A stretch of 64,000 nt of DNA from Caulobacter sp. (lineage in GTDB: Bacteria > Pseudomonadota > Alphaproteobacteria > Caulobacterales > Caulobacteraceae). The notes under the pieces are model-generated. The model worked only from the letters and a program-made list of their open reading frames with translations, did no database searches and was not told the DNA's origin. The stretch spans positions 118,358 through 182,357 of the forward strand of contig NZ_JAGIBH010000007.1 of assembly GCF_017744445.1 (NCBI RefSeq). Reading direction: 5' to 3'. The number at the start of each line of letters is the position of its first letter. Within the stretch, counting starts at the first letter, position 1. Made by a program: the position numbers and the translations under genes. Positions 48,600 through 57,654 of the stretch are shown here, piece after piece.

Positions 48600-48923
48600 A
48601 TGACTGACATCAGCAGCTTCACCCCCGACACCTCGTCCGCCGCCGCCGCGCTGGACGACGCCAAGAAGACGACCGCCGAAAAGACCAAGCAGGCCAAGGA
48701 AGCGGTCACCAAGGCCATGAAGTCGGCCCGCGAAACCGCCACCGAGGTGGCCGCCCAGACCCGCACCTTCGCCAGCGAAAAGGCCAAGGTCGGCGCCGCC
48801 TATGCGCGCGACAAGGCCCAGGTGGCCCACCACGTCGCCGAAGAGCATCCGATGGGCGTCGCGCTGGGCGCGTTCGCGATCGGGCTGGGCGTGGGCTTCC
48901 TGATCGCGCGGAATTTGGACTAA
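48600..48923 (+). CDS. ElaB/YqjD/DUF883-like tail-anchored membrane protein
   Basis: 107 aa. It has a Lys/Ala/Glu-rich helical N-terminal part and a C-terminal TM segment, PMGVALGAFAIGLGVGFLIAR. Confidence 0.65.
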   Translation: MTDISSFTPDTSSAAAALDDAKKTTAEKTKQAKEAVTKAMKSARETATEVAAQTRTFASEKAKVGAAYARDKAQVAHHVAEEHPMGVALGAFAIGLGVGFLIARNLD

Positions 48924-48930
48924 TTCCGAA

Positions 48931-49073
48931 GCTCCCTCTTCCATAGGGAGAGGGAGGGGCCCGCCGCGTAGCGGTGGGAGGGTGAGGGGTTACACCCTCA
49001 CCGATCGAAGCGCGGTCGTGCCTTGCGGGTCAGTGAATTATCCGGCCAAGGGTGAAACCTCTCACCCTCCCAT
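48931..49073. repeat. Composite palindromic repeat, family B, copy 2
   Basis: GCTCCCTCTTCCATAGGGAGAGGGAGGGGCCCGCCGCGTAGCGGTGGGAGGGTGAGGGGTTACACCCTCACC ... GGTGAAACCTCTCACCCTCCC. It shares the hairpin and GGGTGAG(A/G)GGTTAC modules with 40981-41117. Confidence 0.75.
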
Positions 49074-49088
49074 CCCGGCTGCCGGTTT

Positions 49089-49556
49089 TCAGACCGCCAG
49101 CCGCTCGGCGTTCACGCCCGCCGCCCTGAGCGCCGCGAGGCGCGCGAACGCCAGGGTCAGGGCCTTGCGACGCGCCGGCGCCAGCGGCGTGACCGCCGCT
49201 TCGCGCACGACCGCGCCGCCGAAGGCGTCGGTGACCAGCAGCCCAGGCTCGTCCGGCAGGATGCCATCGGGAAAGTGCGGCGCCACGGCGAAGTAGAAGG
49301 CGTCGCAATAGGGCGCGTACTCGCCCCATTTGCGGTCGACGCGAAAGTCCTCCAGCCCCGACTTCACCTCGACGATCAGCACATCCCCTTTCGGCCCCAG
49401 CGCCATCAGGTCGGCCCGCCGTCCGTTCGGCAAGGTGACCTCGGCCAGCGGCGCATAACCCAGGTCCACGAGCAGCCGCGCGGCCCCACGGGTTACGGCC
49501 AGCGTCGTTTCCGGCCGGGTCTGAAGTTCGATGATCACGTCCATCGGCGCGATCAT
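49089..49556 (-). CDS. MmcB-like PD-(D/E)xK nuclease-fold DNA repair protein
   Basis: The start is taken at ATG 49556 (49544 is possible): GRRADLMALGPKGDVLIVEVKSGLEDFRVDRKWGEYAPYCDAFYFAV. The D...EVK motif and overall size fit the MmcB family as I recall it. Confidence 0.65.
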   Translation of the reverse strand: MIAPMDVIIELQTRPETTLAVTRGAARLLVDLGYAPLAEVTLPNGRRADLMALGPKGDVLIVEVKSGLEDFRVDRKWGEYAPYCDAFYFAVAPHFPDGILPDEPGLLVTDAFGGAVVREAAVTPLAPARRKALTLAFARLAALRAAGVNAERLAV

Positions 49557-49692
49557 GTTCCAGCTTTGTTCGCGAAACAAGGTTAAATGACCGCCCGCCG
49601 CGCGAGTGGGAATCGCGCGGCGCGGGGATGGGTTTGCCCTCAACCTCCTGGCGACCTACCGCCTTGAGCGAGAGTTTCGCGAGAGGCACACT

Positions 49693-50769
49693 TTGCGACC
49701 CCGGACCCGCGCCCTGGCGCTCATGATCTTGATGGCTGCGCCCTCGACGAGCTGGGCGCAATCCGAGCCCGCCGCCGGTCCGGAGACGATCGCCTACACC
49801 CATCGCAAGCCCGCCGCCTTCGCGCTGGGCCAGGCCATCATCCCCGTGCAGAACAACGCGGGCATCCTGGGCGCCCTTGCGATCGTGGCCACCCACGCGG
49901 CGATCGCCCGTGTGGCTGGGGCCAAGGCCATCGAGCGCGGCGACATCAGCGACCCGGCCATCGCCCTCTCGCATGACCTGGCCCAGATCCTGGCCGAGCA
50001 GCGCGACGGGAACCTCGCCGAGCGTCCGATAGCCGTCGACCGCGAGAAGCCCAAGGCCATCGCCAAGGCCGCCGGCGACGCGCGCTATGTCGTCGATGTC
50101 CGGACCACCAACTGGGACTTCCGCAACGAATACGGCGCGCAGCCGAAGGTGGCCTACGCCGCCGAGTTCAGCGTCATCGACGGCCGCACCGGCAAGCTGG
50201 TCGTGCAGGATAACTGCTTCTGGACGCCGCCGCGCATCGACGCCAACGCCATGACAGCCACCGATCCGGAAACGCCTGTCCGCCGCTATTTCGCTGCGGC
50301 CAGCACGGCGTGCCGCGAGCAGTTCCGGGTGGCGATGCGCAATCTGGCGCTGGCGCCGCGCACGACCCTGGCCGCCGCCTCGCCGGTCGAGGTCCTGCGA
50401 TCACCCGAGCCGATCTACACGCCGGCCGAGCCCGTCGTCGCCCCCGCGCCGCCGCCGGCTCCGGTCCATCTGGCCGAGGCGAAAGCGCCGATGCTGGCTG
50501 CTCCGATCCAGGCCGCTCCGATCATCGACTCCGCCCCGGTCCGGGCCCTGCCGCCTGAGCCTGTCCCTGCGCCGATGAAGCTGGCTCAGGCCGAGTTTGC
50601 TCCCTGGTCACAACCGACGCCGGAACGCTATCCGATGTTCGACCAGCGCCTGGCCGCGGCCTATTCCGAGCCGACGCCGGCGCCGACCTTCGTCGCGCAG
50701 TCGTCCAGTCGCCATGCCGCCGGCCGCGACGCCCAGGGCTACCTGACCTGGCCGGGCAAGCGCCCCTAG
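49693..50769 (+). CDS. Hypothetical secreted protein with Pro/Ala-rich C-terminal half
   Basis: TTG at 49693 (GAGAGG upstream) gives the signal peptide (M)RPRTRALALMILMAAPSTSWAQ. The C-terminal half is Pro-rich (PVVAPAPPPAPV...). I recognise no family. Confidence 0.5.
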   Translation: MRPRTRALALMILMAAPSTSWAQSEPAAGPETIAYTHRKPAAFALGQAIIPVQNNAGILGALAIVATHAAIARVAGAKAIERGDISDPAIALSHDLAQILAEQRDGNLAERPIAVDREKPKAIAKAAGDARYVVDVRTTNWDFRNEYGAQPKVAYAAEFSVIDGRTGKLVVQDNCFWTPPRIDANAMTATDPETPVRRYFAAASTACREQFRVAMRNLALAPRTTLAAASPVEVLRSPEPIYTPAEPVVAPAPPPAPVHLAEAKAPMLAAPIQAAPIIDSAPVRALPPEPVPAPMKLAQAEFAPWSQPTPERYPMFDQRLAAAYSEPTPAPTFVAQSSSRHAAGRDAQGYLTWPGKRP

Positions 50770-51302
50770 GGCGCGGGCTGCCTGGTCGGTCGCAGCAGGC
50801 TCGTGTCATAACCCAGCGCCTTGGCGCGCGCCGTCAGGGCCGCGCGGTCGGCGTCGGTCGGCGGCTTGCGCGACAGCAGCCACAAATACCTGCCCGAGCC
50901 CTCGCCGACGATCGACCAGCCGTAGTCGTCGGCATGGTCCAGCACCCAGTAGTCGCCGAAGAAGAACGGGCCGAAGAAGCTGACCTTCAGCTTGGCATTG
51001 GTGGCCGTGTCGGCGACTTTTGCCTTGCCTTCGGACACCTTCACCGGGCCGTCGACCGCGCCCTGATGGCAGGTGTTGAGCACGCGGATCAGGCCGTCGG
51101 GGCGCTTGGAATATTCGGCGGTGACGCCTTCGCAGCCCTTTTCGAACCGCATGTCGTAGCGGGCCACCTCGTACCAGCGGCCGGCATAGCGCTCGAGATC
51201 GACGCTCTTGGCGGGCTGCGGCGGGTTCGGGTTGCCGACCGGACCGGCGACACAGGCGCTCAGGCCCAGCGCGGCAAGGACCGCGAGGAGGGGAAGTCTC
51301 AA
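50766..51302 (-). CDS. blc: Bacterial lipocalin Blc-type outer-membrane lipoprotein
   Basis: TTG start at 51302 (AGGAG 7 nt upstream) overlaps the upstream stop (TTGA). The lipobox is LAALGLSAC. The signature YAGRWYEVARYDMRFE is present. Confidence 0.85.
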   Translation of the reverse strand: MRLPLLAVLAALGLSACVAGPVGNPNPPQPAKSVDLERYAGRWYEVARYDMRFEKGCEGVTAEYSKRPDGLIRVLNTCHQGAVDGPVKVSEGKAKVADTATNAKLKVSFFGPFFFGDYWVLDHADDYGWSIVGEGSGRYLWLLSRKPPTDADRAALTARAKALGYDTSLLRPTRQPAP

Positions 51303-51829
51303 GCGCCGGCTCCTGGCGGATGTTGCGGGAATTCCAGCTTGGCGTAGCCCAGTTCCTTCACCCGCTCGAGGGCGATGGCCTTGGTGGCCACGGGCATGTC
51401 GGCGGTGCGCGAGATCAGCCAGACATAGTTGCCGCCGGGCGTGGCCATGATCGCCCACGAGCCGTCGGCGGCGCAGTCGAGCACCCAGTATTCCTGCTTC
51501 CGCAGTCCCCCCAGGAAGCTCATCGTGAAGCGGGTGTTCTGGCTGTTCTCGACGATCTTGCCGTTGGTCGTGAACACCTTCTCGGCGCCCAGGGGCGAGC
51601 CGCGGTGGCAGACCTGACGGACCTTGAAGGCGGCTCCCTGCAAGGTGAAGTCGGTGGTCGGGGCCTCGCAGTCGCGCTGGCCGGCATTGGGCGTGCGGGC
51701 GATCTCGTACCAGCGGCCCGAATAGAACTGCGCCGAGACCGGCTTGGCCGGCGGCTTGGCGGCCGCGAAGGCGCTGCCCGACAGCGTCACCGCGATCAGG
51801 CTCGTCAGGACGATCTTGGAAAAGCGCAT
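51299..51829 (-). CDS. Second, paralogous lipocalin-like periplasmic protein (type I signal peptide)
   Basis: 176 aa: MRFSKIVLTSLIAVTLSGSAFAA, then YSGRWYEIARTPN. Confidence 0.8.
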   Translation of the reverse strand: MRFSKIVLTSLIAVTLSGSAFAAAKPPAKPVSAQFYSGRWYEIARTPNAGQRDCEAPTTDFTLQGAAFKVRQVCHRGSPLGAEKVFTTNGKIVENSQNTRFTMSFLGGLRKQEYWVLDCAADGSWAIMATPGGNYVWLISRTADMPVATKAIALERVKELGYAKLEFPQHPPGAGA

Positions 51830-51926
51830 GGGCGAACCTTTGCCTAGGTCCGCCCAAACGCTGTCGGTTGCGGCGAAGTTCCGCCTATTCGGCCGCGATG
51901 CTCACAGAGCTGGCCACTCTTTTCTC

Positions 51927-53054
51927 TTACTCGGCCGCGATCTCGATCGCGGCCGTAGGCCGGTCCTTGAAGTTGATGGCCTGCAGGTAGCGGATGCCTT
52001 CCTCGGCGATGTCGTCGCCGACCATGCGCTCGCCCTCGTTCTTCAGCTCGTTGAGGTCGACATACATGGCGTAGAAGGCGCGCGTGCGGTCGGTGATGAT
52101 GCCGGCGTTGAGCAGGGTTTTCACCAGCACCCGGAAGATGTTGGTCTGCTCCTTCATGTTCTCCCGACGCAGGTCGTCGGTCATGATCTTCCCGTACTCC
52201 TCGACCACCTTGTCGGGATCCAGGCCGAACTCGGCATAGAGATCCAGCTGCTGGTGCGGCGAGACCAGGTTGAACAGCAGGGTCTGGAAGCAGTGCGCCG
52301 CCCAGTCCTCGATGATCGCGTGCTCTTCGGGGGTCAGCTTGGGCACGGTGCGGTCGGCCCAGATCTTCCCGAACTTGTGGTGGAAGGCCTCGTCGGTCAT
52401 CACCAGCTGCAGCAGCTTCTTGCCGACGGGGTCATTGATATTGTTGAAGAAGGTGGCGAAGGCGCCCATGGCCAGGCCTTCCACCAGCATCTGCATGCCG
52501 ATGATCTTCTTGTAGACCTCCGGCGCACCGATGATCTCGACCAGCAGGGTCTTCAGCGCCGGGCCGCACGCGACCGGGCGACCCCAGCGGGTGTTGATGT
52601 ACTTGGCGAAGGCCGTGACGTGGCGGGCCTCTTCGCGCGTCTGGTTGGCGGCGTATTCCTGCGCGCCCTGGTCCTTGAGCACATGGCACAGGCTGGCCGA
52701 CAGGTTCAGCGCGCCTTGCTCGCCATGCAGGATCGACGAGAAGCTGCGCAGCACCGACTGGTTGATGAAGCGGATGCGCTGCTTGGGGTCGGACAGATGG
52801 TTGGAGACGTAGTCGGTCGACAGGGCGATCACGAGATCCTCGGGCACCAGGGCCTGGTTCTCCATGTCGAACGGCTCGTCGAAATCGATATAGGCCTTGT
52901 CCAGCGGGTCCCAGAAGTGGTCGTGGGTCGCGGCGATGATCTTGTCGAAGGCGCTGGACCGGTTGCCGTAGCGGTCGAGTTCGAGCATCGACTCGAAGTC
53001 GTCCGGCGCGACCGCGTCGTACATGGCGTCCTTGGTGATGTTCTTGTCGGTCAT
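51927..53054 (-). CDS. Ferritin-like diiron-carboxylate protein (oxygenase/oxidase of unknown specificity)
   Basis: 375 aa. It has two E...ExxH units: HGEQGA ... REEARH and VEGLAMG ... DEAFHH. I saw no signal peptide. Confidence 0.75.
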   Translation of the reverse strand: MTDKNITKDAMYDAVAPDDFESMLELDRYGNRSSAFDKIIAATHDHFWDPLDKAYIDFDEPFDMENQALVPEDLVIALSTDYVSNHLSDPKQRIRFINQSVLRSFSSILHGEQGALNLSASLCHVLKDQGAQEYAANQTREEARHVTAFAKYINTRWGRPVACGPALKTLLVEIIGAPEVYKKIIGMQMLVEGLAMGAFATFFNNINDPVGKKLLQLVMTDEAFHHKFGKIWADRTVPKLTPEEHAIIEDWAAHCFQTLLFNLVSPHQQLDLYAEFGLDPDKVVEEYGKIMTDDLRRENMKEQTNIFRVLVKTLLNAGIITDRTRAFYAMYVDLNELKNEGERMVGDDIAEEGIRYLQAINFKDRPTAAIEIAAE

Positions 53055-53202
53055 TGCGGCGCTCCCTATCGGCCGGGTCGACGTCCATCAGCGGAGCCCG
53101 TCTTGCGCGGGTCTTCGGCTATCTAAACACTGTCAACTCAAGTGAGCGGGCGGGTCAAATGAAAAATGACGGCGGCGTCACCTTCAATCGTCTGGAGTCG
53201 GA

Positions 53203-53898
53203 ATGAAGATCTTCGTGCTGACCGGGGCCGGCGTCTCGGCCGAGAGCGGCCTGGGCACCTTTCGCGACAAGGACGGGGTGTGGACGAAGTACGACCTGAG
53301 CGAGGTCGCCACGCCCGAGGGTTTCGCGCGCAATCCGGCCCTGGTGCGGGACTTCTACAACGCCCGCCGCGCGAACCTGGCGGCGGCTGAGCCGAACGCG
53401 GCGCATGTGGCGTTGGCGCGGCTGGAGGCGGCGCTGGGCGATGACCTCTTCCTCTGCACCCAGAACGTCGACGACCTGCACGAGAAGGCGGGGTCGAAGC
53501 GCGTGGTCCACATGCATGGTGAGCTGGCGGTCACACGCTGCCATCACTGCCAGGCGACCCGGCCGGATGTGGGGGCGCTGACCGCGGAGGCCGTCTGCGC
53601 GGCTTGCGGGCGCGACGGCGGCGCGCGGCCGCACGTGGTATGGTTCGGCGAGATGCCGCTGTACATGGAGGAGATCGAGGATGCGTTGGCGGAGGCGGAC
53701 CTCTTCGTCTCGATCGGCACCTCGGGTTCGGTCTATCCGGCGGCGGGGTTCGTTTCCGAGGCGCGGGCGATGGGGATCGCGACCTGCGAGATCAATCTCG
53801 AACCCTCGGCTAATGCGTATGTGTTCGATGAGAAGCTTTACGGCCCGGCCAGCGAGGTCGTGCCGGCGTGGGTGGAGAAGGTGCTGACACAAGGCTGA
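53203..53898 (+). CDS. cobB: NAD-dependent protein deacylase, Sir2 family (CobB-type)
   Basis: 231 aa: MKIFVLTGAGVSAESGLGTFRDKDGVW, QNVDDLHEKAG, HG, a Zn ribbon (CHHC...CAAC), and GTSGSVYPAA. Confidence 0.92.
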   Translation: MKIFVLTGAGVSAESGLGTFRDKDGVWTKYDLSEVATPEGFARNPALVRDFYNARRANLAAAEPNAAHVALARLEAALGDDLFLCTQNVDDLHEKAGSKRVVHMHGELAVTRCHHCQATRPDVGALTAEAVCAACGRDGGARPHVVWFGEMPLYMEEIEDALAEADLFVSIGTSGSVYPAAGFVSEARAMGIATCEINLEPSANAYVFDEKLYGPASEVVPAWVEKVLTQG

Positions 53899-53941
53899 CA
53901 GCAGGTGCTGTACTGCCGCCAGATTGTGTCCGGAGATCGTC

Positions 53942-54424
53942 ATGTCCAAACCCCTCAAGCCCCCCGCTGAGGAAGCCGAAGGCGCCTGCGCCTGTGGGGC
54001 CGTCCGCCTGGCGATCGGCGTGCCGGCCCGCTGGTCGTTCCACGACCACTCGGCCGCCAGCCGCCACGCCCAGGGCTGCGCCTACGTCACCTACACCGCC
54101 AGCTACCGCAGCCGTTTCCGCTGGCTGGAGGGCGAGGAGATCGTCACCCGCCACGAACATGAGGGAACCACGCGGGGCTTCTGCGGCCGCTGCGGCACGC
54201 CGATCTTCATGGAGCGCAAGCGCAGCCCCACCATGATCAACCTGCCGAGGGCCTTGTTCTCGACCCGCACCGGCCGCGAGCCGCGCTACCACACGTCGCT
54301 CGACCAGGCGCCGGACTGGGCCTATGGCGGCGGCAAGCTGGTCCCGCTGAAAGGCTATCCCGGCGTGATGTGGGAACGGCCCAAGCCGAAGAAGAAGCGC
54401 GCGGCGATCGACGACTTCCTCTAG
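53942..54424 (+). CDS. GFA-family (glutathione-dependent formaldehyde-activating/CENP-V-like) protein
   Basis: ATG at 53942. The Cys motifs are CACGAV ... FCGRCGTPIF. Confidence 0.82.
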   Translation: MSKPLKPPAEEAEGACACGAVRLAIGVPARWSFHDHSAASRHAQGCAYVTYTASYRSRFRWLEGEEIVTRHEHEGTTRGFCGRCGTPIFMERKRSPTMINLPRALFSTRTGREPRYHTSLDQAPDWAYGGGKLVPLKGYPGVMWERPKPKKKRAAIDDFL

Positions 54425-54828
54425 CGCCCTTCCAGCGCCGCCAGCACCGCCGGCTGCACCCGCGCCAGTTCGGCCAGGCGTTCGATCAGGGCGTCCTTGC
54501 TGTCCAGGGCCAGACCGTCGCGCAGCTGGGCCATGCGGTCGCGGACCTTGGAGAGGTCGGCGCCATTGGCCGCCGTCACCACGGCCGCCTGGTGCTTGCA
54601 GGCGCCGAATTTCTCGAAGCCGGGGCAGGTGCAGGAGCCCTCGCCGGCCGGGGCGCGCAGTTCCACGACATAGAGGTCGCCGACGCTGCCAGTGACGTGG
54701 GCGGTGACCTTCTCGTCCTCGATCGCGACGAGGTCGACGGCGCCGGCTTCGGCCATGGCCGCGCCGGTGTCGAACCAGCGCTCATCCATGCGCTCGCGCC
54801 AGGCGTCCTGATCGAACAGCGAACTCAT
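54421..54828 (-). CDS. SWIM zinc-finger protein (small)
   Basis: This is the C-terminal 135 aa of the spurious 1060-aa track ORF. MSSLFDQDAWRER ... GSCTCPGFEKFGACKHQAAV carries the CxC...CxH SWIM motif. The ATG at 54828 overlaps the upstream stop (ATGA). Confidence 0.7.
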   Translation of the reverse strand: MSSLFDQDAWRERMDERWFDTGAAMAEAGAVDLVAIEDEKVTAHVTGSVGDLYVVELRAPAGEGSCTCPGFEKFGACKHQAAVVTAANGADLSKVRDRMAQLRDGLALDSKDALIERLAELARVQPAVLAALEGR

Positions 54829-55226
54829 TCCTCGTCCTCGATGCGGTGGATGTCGTCGTCCGACAGGCCGAAATGGTGGCCGATCTCGTGGACCAGCACG
54901 TGGGTGATCAACTCGCCAAGGGGCACGTCGCCGCGCTCGGCCCACTCGTCCAGGATCGGGCGGCGATAGAGAAAGACCCGCGACGGCTCGGTTCCGTAGT
55001 CCAGCACCGAGCGACGGCCCAGGTCGACGCCCTGATAGAGGCCGGTCAGCTCGAACGGGTCCTCGATCCCCAGGCTGTCCAGCACCTCTTCGGACGGAAA
55101 GTCGTCGACCCGGATGACCACGTCGCCCGACAGCTTGCGGAAGTCGTCGGGCAGGGCGTCGAAGGCCTGCTTGGCCAGGACGGCGAAGTCGTCGAGCGAC
55201 GGGGCGGAGCGGTCGGACCAGGTCAT
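54825..55226 (-). CDS. Minimal zincin metallopeptidase-family protein (Zincin_1/DUF1025-like)
   Basis: The track ORF is trimmed to the ATG at 55226 (133 aa): VFLYRRPILDEW...ELITHVLVHEIGHHFGLSDDDI (HExxH). Confidence 0.8.
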   Translation of the reverse strand: MTWSDRSAPSLDDFAVLAKQAFDALPDDFRKLSGDVVIRVDDFPSEEVLDSLGIEDPFELTGLYQGVDLGRRSVLDYGTEPSRVFLYRRPILDEWAERGDVPLGELITHVLVHEIGHHFGLSDDDIHRIEDEE

Positions 55227-55341
55227 GACCCTCCAAATAGAGCGATTGGCCCGGGACGCCATAGCCCCTCTGGTCCATAGCCCTACTGGCCATAGCCGGA
55301 CTAATCTGAAAATCTGATTCGAGGACCCGCTGGGCGCACTG

Positions 55342-57654
55342 ATGACTTCGTACGACCTGATCCTCGCGGCGGCGGCCGGCGCGGTTTGCCTCGCCATTTG
55401 CGTGACCCTGTGGTCGCTGGGGCAGCGCCGTGGCTACGAGGATCGCATCGCCGCGCTGAAGAACCGGCTGACCCTGCAAGGCGGCGACGCCCTGGATGCG
55501 CCCGCCTGGGTCGAGGCCTTCGACACCGCCGTGCTGGCCGTCGAGGGCGGCCGTCCCAGCCTGGCCGCCGGGGCCGAGGGCCTGGCCGCCTGCGCCCGCG
55601 TGCTGGGCGTTCCCGCCGAGGTCGAGGCGGTGGTCGCCGCCGTCAGCGCCGTCGATCCGGCCCACGCCCAGAAGCTGACCGCCCTGTTCGAGCGCGGCGA
55701 GGCCTGCGTGTTCGAGGCGCGCGGCAGCGGCGGCTGGATCTCGGTCGAGGGCCGCGCGGCCGGCGCCCTGGCCTGGCTGCGCCTGGCGCCCGCCAGCGGC
55801 GGCGACGCCGGCCTGCCGTCGGCGGCCCGTTTCGCCGCCTTCGTCGACAGCGTGGCCGAGCCCGCCTGGATCGCCGGCGCCGATGGCCAGCCGGCCTGGG
55901 GCAACGACGCCTTCATCCGCGCGGTCGGCGCGACCTCGGCCTCGGCCGCGGCCCTGGCCGGCAAGAGCTTCGACCGCGCCGCCGACGCCCTGGTCGTCGA
56001 GGCCGTCGAGAAGGGCGAGCGCCGCGAGGCCCTGCGCTGGATCAACCTGGAGGGCCGCCGGCGGGCCTTCAGGCTTTCCGCCCAGCCGCTGGACGGCGGC
56101 GGGGTGGGCGTGTTCTGCGCGGACGTCACCGAAATCGAGGACGTCCGCGACGCCTTCCGCAAGCATGTCGAGGCCCACGACGAGACCCTGAACCACATCG
56201 CCGAGGCCGTGGCGATCTTCAGCCAGACGCGCCGGCTGTCCTACCACAACACCGCCTTCGCCGAGCTGTGGGGCCTGGAACCGGCCTGGCTCGCGGAACG
56301 CCCGACCCATGGCGAGGTGCTGGACCGCCTGCGCCAGCGCCGCCGTCTGCCCGAGAGCATCGACTATTCCGGCTGGAAGGCCGCCGAACTGGCCCGCTAC
56401 GAGGACCTGGGCCCCCAGGCCGACGACCTGTGGCACCTGCCCGACGGCCGCACGCTCAAAGTCGTGCGCCAACCCCACCCGCTGGGCGGCATGCTGCTGA
56501 TCTATTCCGACATCACCGGCGAGCTGCGCCTGAAGGCCCAGTACAACGCCCTGATCCAGGTGCAGCAGGCCACGCTGGACAAGCTGAACGACGCCGTCGC
56601 CGTGTTCGGTTCCGACGGCCGCCTGCGCCTGCACAACGAGGCCTTCGAGACCTTCTGGAACGTCAGCGCCTTCTCGCTGGAAGCGGCCGGCGACTTCGAG
56701 GGCGTGGTCGAGCTGTGCGTGCCGCGCCTGCACGACCTGGCCTTCTGGCGCGAGCTGAAGGGCCGGGTGGCTGATCCCGATCCGCAGATGCGCGCCCCGA
56801 CCTCGGGCGAGGTCCGCACCTCCGACGACCGCATCGTGGTCTATCAAAGCCGGCCGCTGCCGGACGGCGCGACCCTGATCGCCTTCGCCGACGTCACCGA
56901 CACCCGCGACCTGCAGAACGCGCTGTCCGATCGCTCCGCCGCCCTGGCCGAGGCCGAGCGCCTGAAGCGCGACTTCGTCGGCAATGTCAGCTACGAACTG
57001 CGCACCCCGCTGACGACGATCATCGGCTATTCCGAACTGCTGGAGCGGGCCGACGGTATTTCCGAGCGTGGCCGCAACCACGTGGCCGCCGTCCGCGCCG
57101 CCGCCACCCAGCTGGCCCGCTCGATCGACGACGTGCTGGACATGGCCCAGATCGACGCCGGCGAGATGGCGCTGGAGATCGAGGACATCCGTGTCGCCGA
57201 CCTGCTGCTGAACGCCCAGGAACGCGCCCTGAAGGACGCCCAGCTGGGCGCCGTCACCCTGGCGGTCGAGTGCGAGGAAGATGTCGGCCTGATCCGTGGC
57301 GACGCCAAGCGCCTGGCCCAGACCATGGACCACCTGGTCGAGAACGCCCTGCGCCAGACCCCGCCCGGCGGTCGCGTCACCCTGCAGGCCCGCCGCGCCC
57401 TGGGCGAGGTGCGCCTGGACGTCTCCGACACTGGCCGCGGCGTGCCATTCCACGTCCAGGCCCACATCTTCGACCGCTTCGTCGGCCGCGACCGTGGCGG
57501 TCCGGGCCTGGGCCTGGCCCTGGTCAAGGCGCTGGTCGAGCTGCATGGTGGCTGGGTGGCGCTGGAGAGCGAGCCGGGCGCCGGCTCGACCTTCACCTGC
57601 CACCTGCCCGAGACCCAGCAGCCGGGCGCCATGCAGCCGGAACTGGGCTTCTAG
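55342..57654 (+). CDS. Membrane-anchored multi-PAS sensor histidine kinase (HisKA + HATPase_c), no adjacent response regulator
   Basis: 770 aa with one N-terminal TM segment and PAS-like repeats. The H-box is FVGNVSYELRTPLTTIIGYSELL. N/G boxes are ENALRQTPPGG, DTGRGV and GGPGLGLALV. Confidence 0.9.
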   Translation: MTSYDLILAAAAGAVCLAICVTLWSLGQRRGYEDRIAALKNRLTLQGGDALDAPAWVEAFDTAVLAVEGGRPSLAAGAEGLAACARVLGVPAEVEAVVAAVSAVDPAHAQKLTALFERGEACVFEARGSGGWISVEGRAAGALAWLRLAPASGGDAGLPSAARFAAFVDSVAEPAWIAGADGQPAWGNDAFIRAVGATSASAAALAGKSFDRAADALVVEAVEKGERREALRWINLEGRRRAFRLSAQPLDGGGVGVFCADVTEIEDVRDAFRKHVEAHDETLNHIAEAVAIFSQTRRLSYHNTAFAELWGLEPAWLAERPTHGEVLDRLRQRRRLPESIDYSGWKAAELARYEDLGPQADDLWHLPDGRTLKVVRQPHPLGGMLLIYSDITGELRLKAQYNALIQVQQATLDKLNDAVAVFGSDGRLRLHNEAFETFWNVSAFSLEAAGDFEGVVELCVPRLHDLAFWRELKGRVADPDPQMRAPTSGEVRTSDDRIVVYQSRPLPDGATLIAFADVTDTRDLQNALSDRSAALAEAERLKRDFVGNVSYELRTPLTTIIGYSELLERADGISERGRNHVAAVRAAATQLARSIDDVLDMAQIDAGEMALEIEDIRVADLLLNAQERALKDAQLGAVTLAVECEEDVGLIRGDAKRLAQTMDHLVENALRQTPPGGRVTLQARRALGEVRLDVSDTGRGVPFHVQAHIFDRFVGRDRGGPGLGLALVKALVELHGGWVALESEPGAGSTFTCHLPETQQPGAMQPELGF

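Noticed and set aside
54829-57603. N-terminal ~925 aa of the 1060-aa minus-strand ORF 54421-57603
   Set aside because: It is antisense to the histidine kinase and to the zincin gene frame, with low-complexity Gly/Ala/Arg/Gln composition. Only the last 135 codons (the SWIM protein, starting at 54828 with an ATGA overlap) look real.
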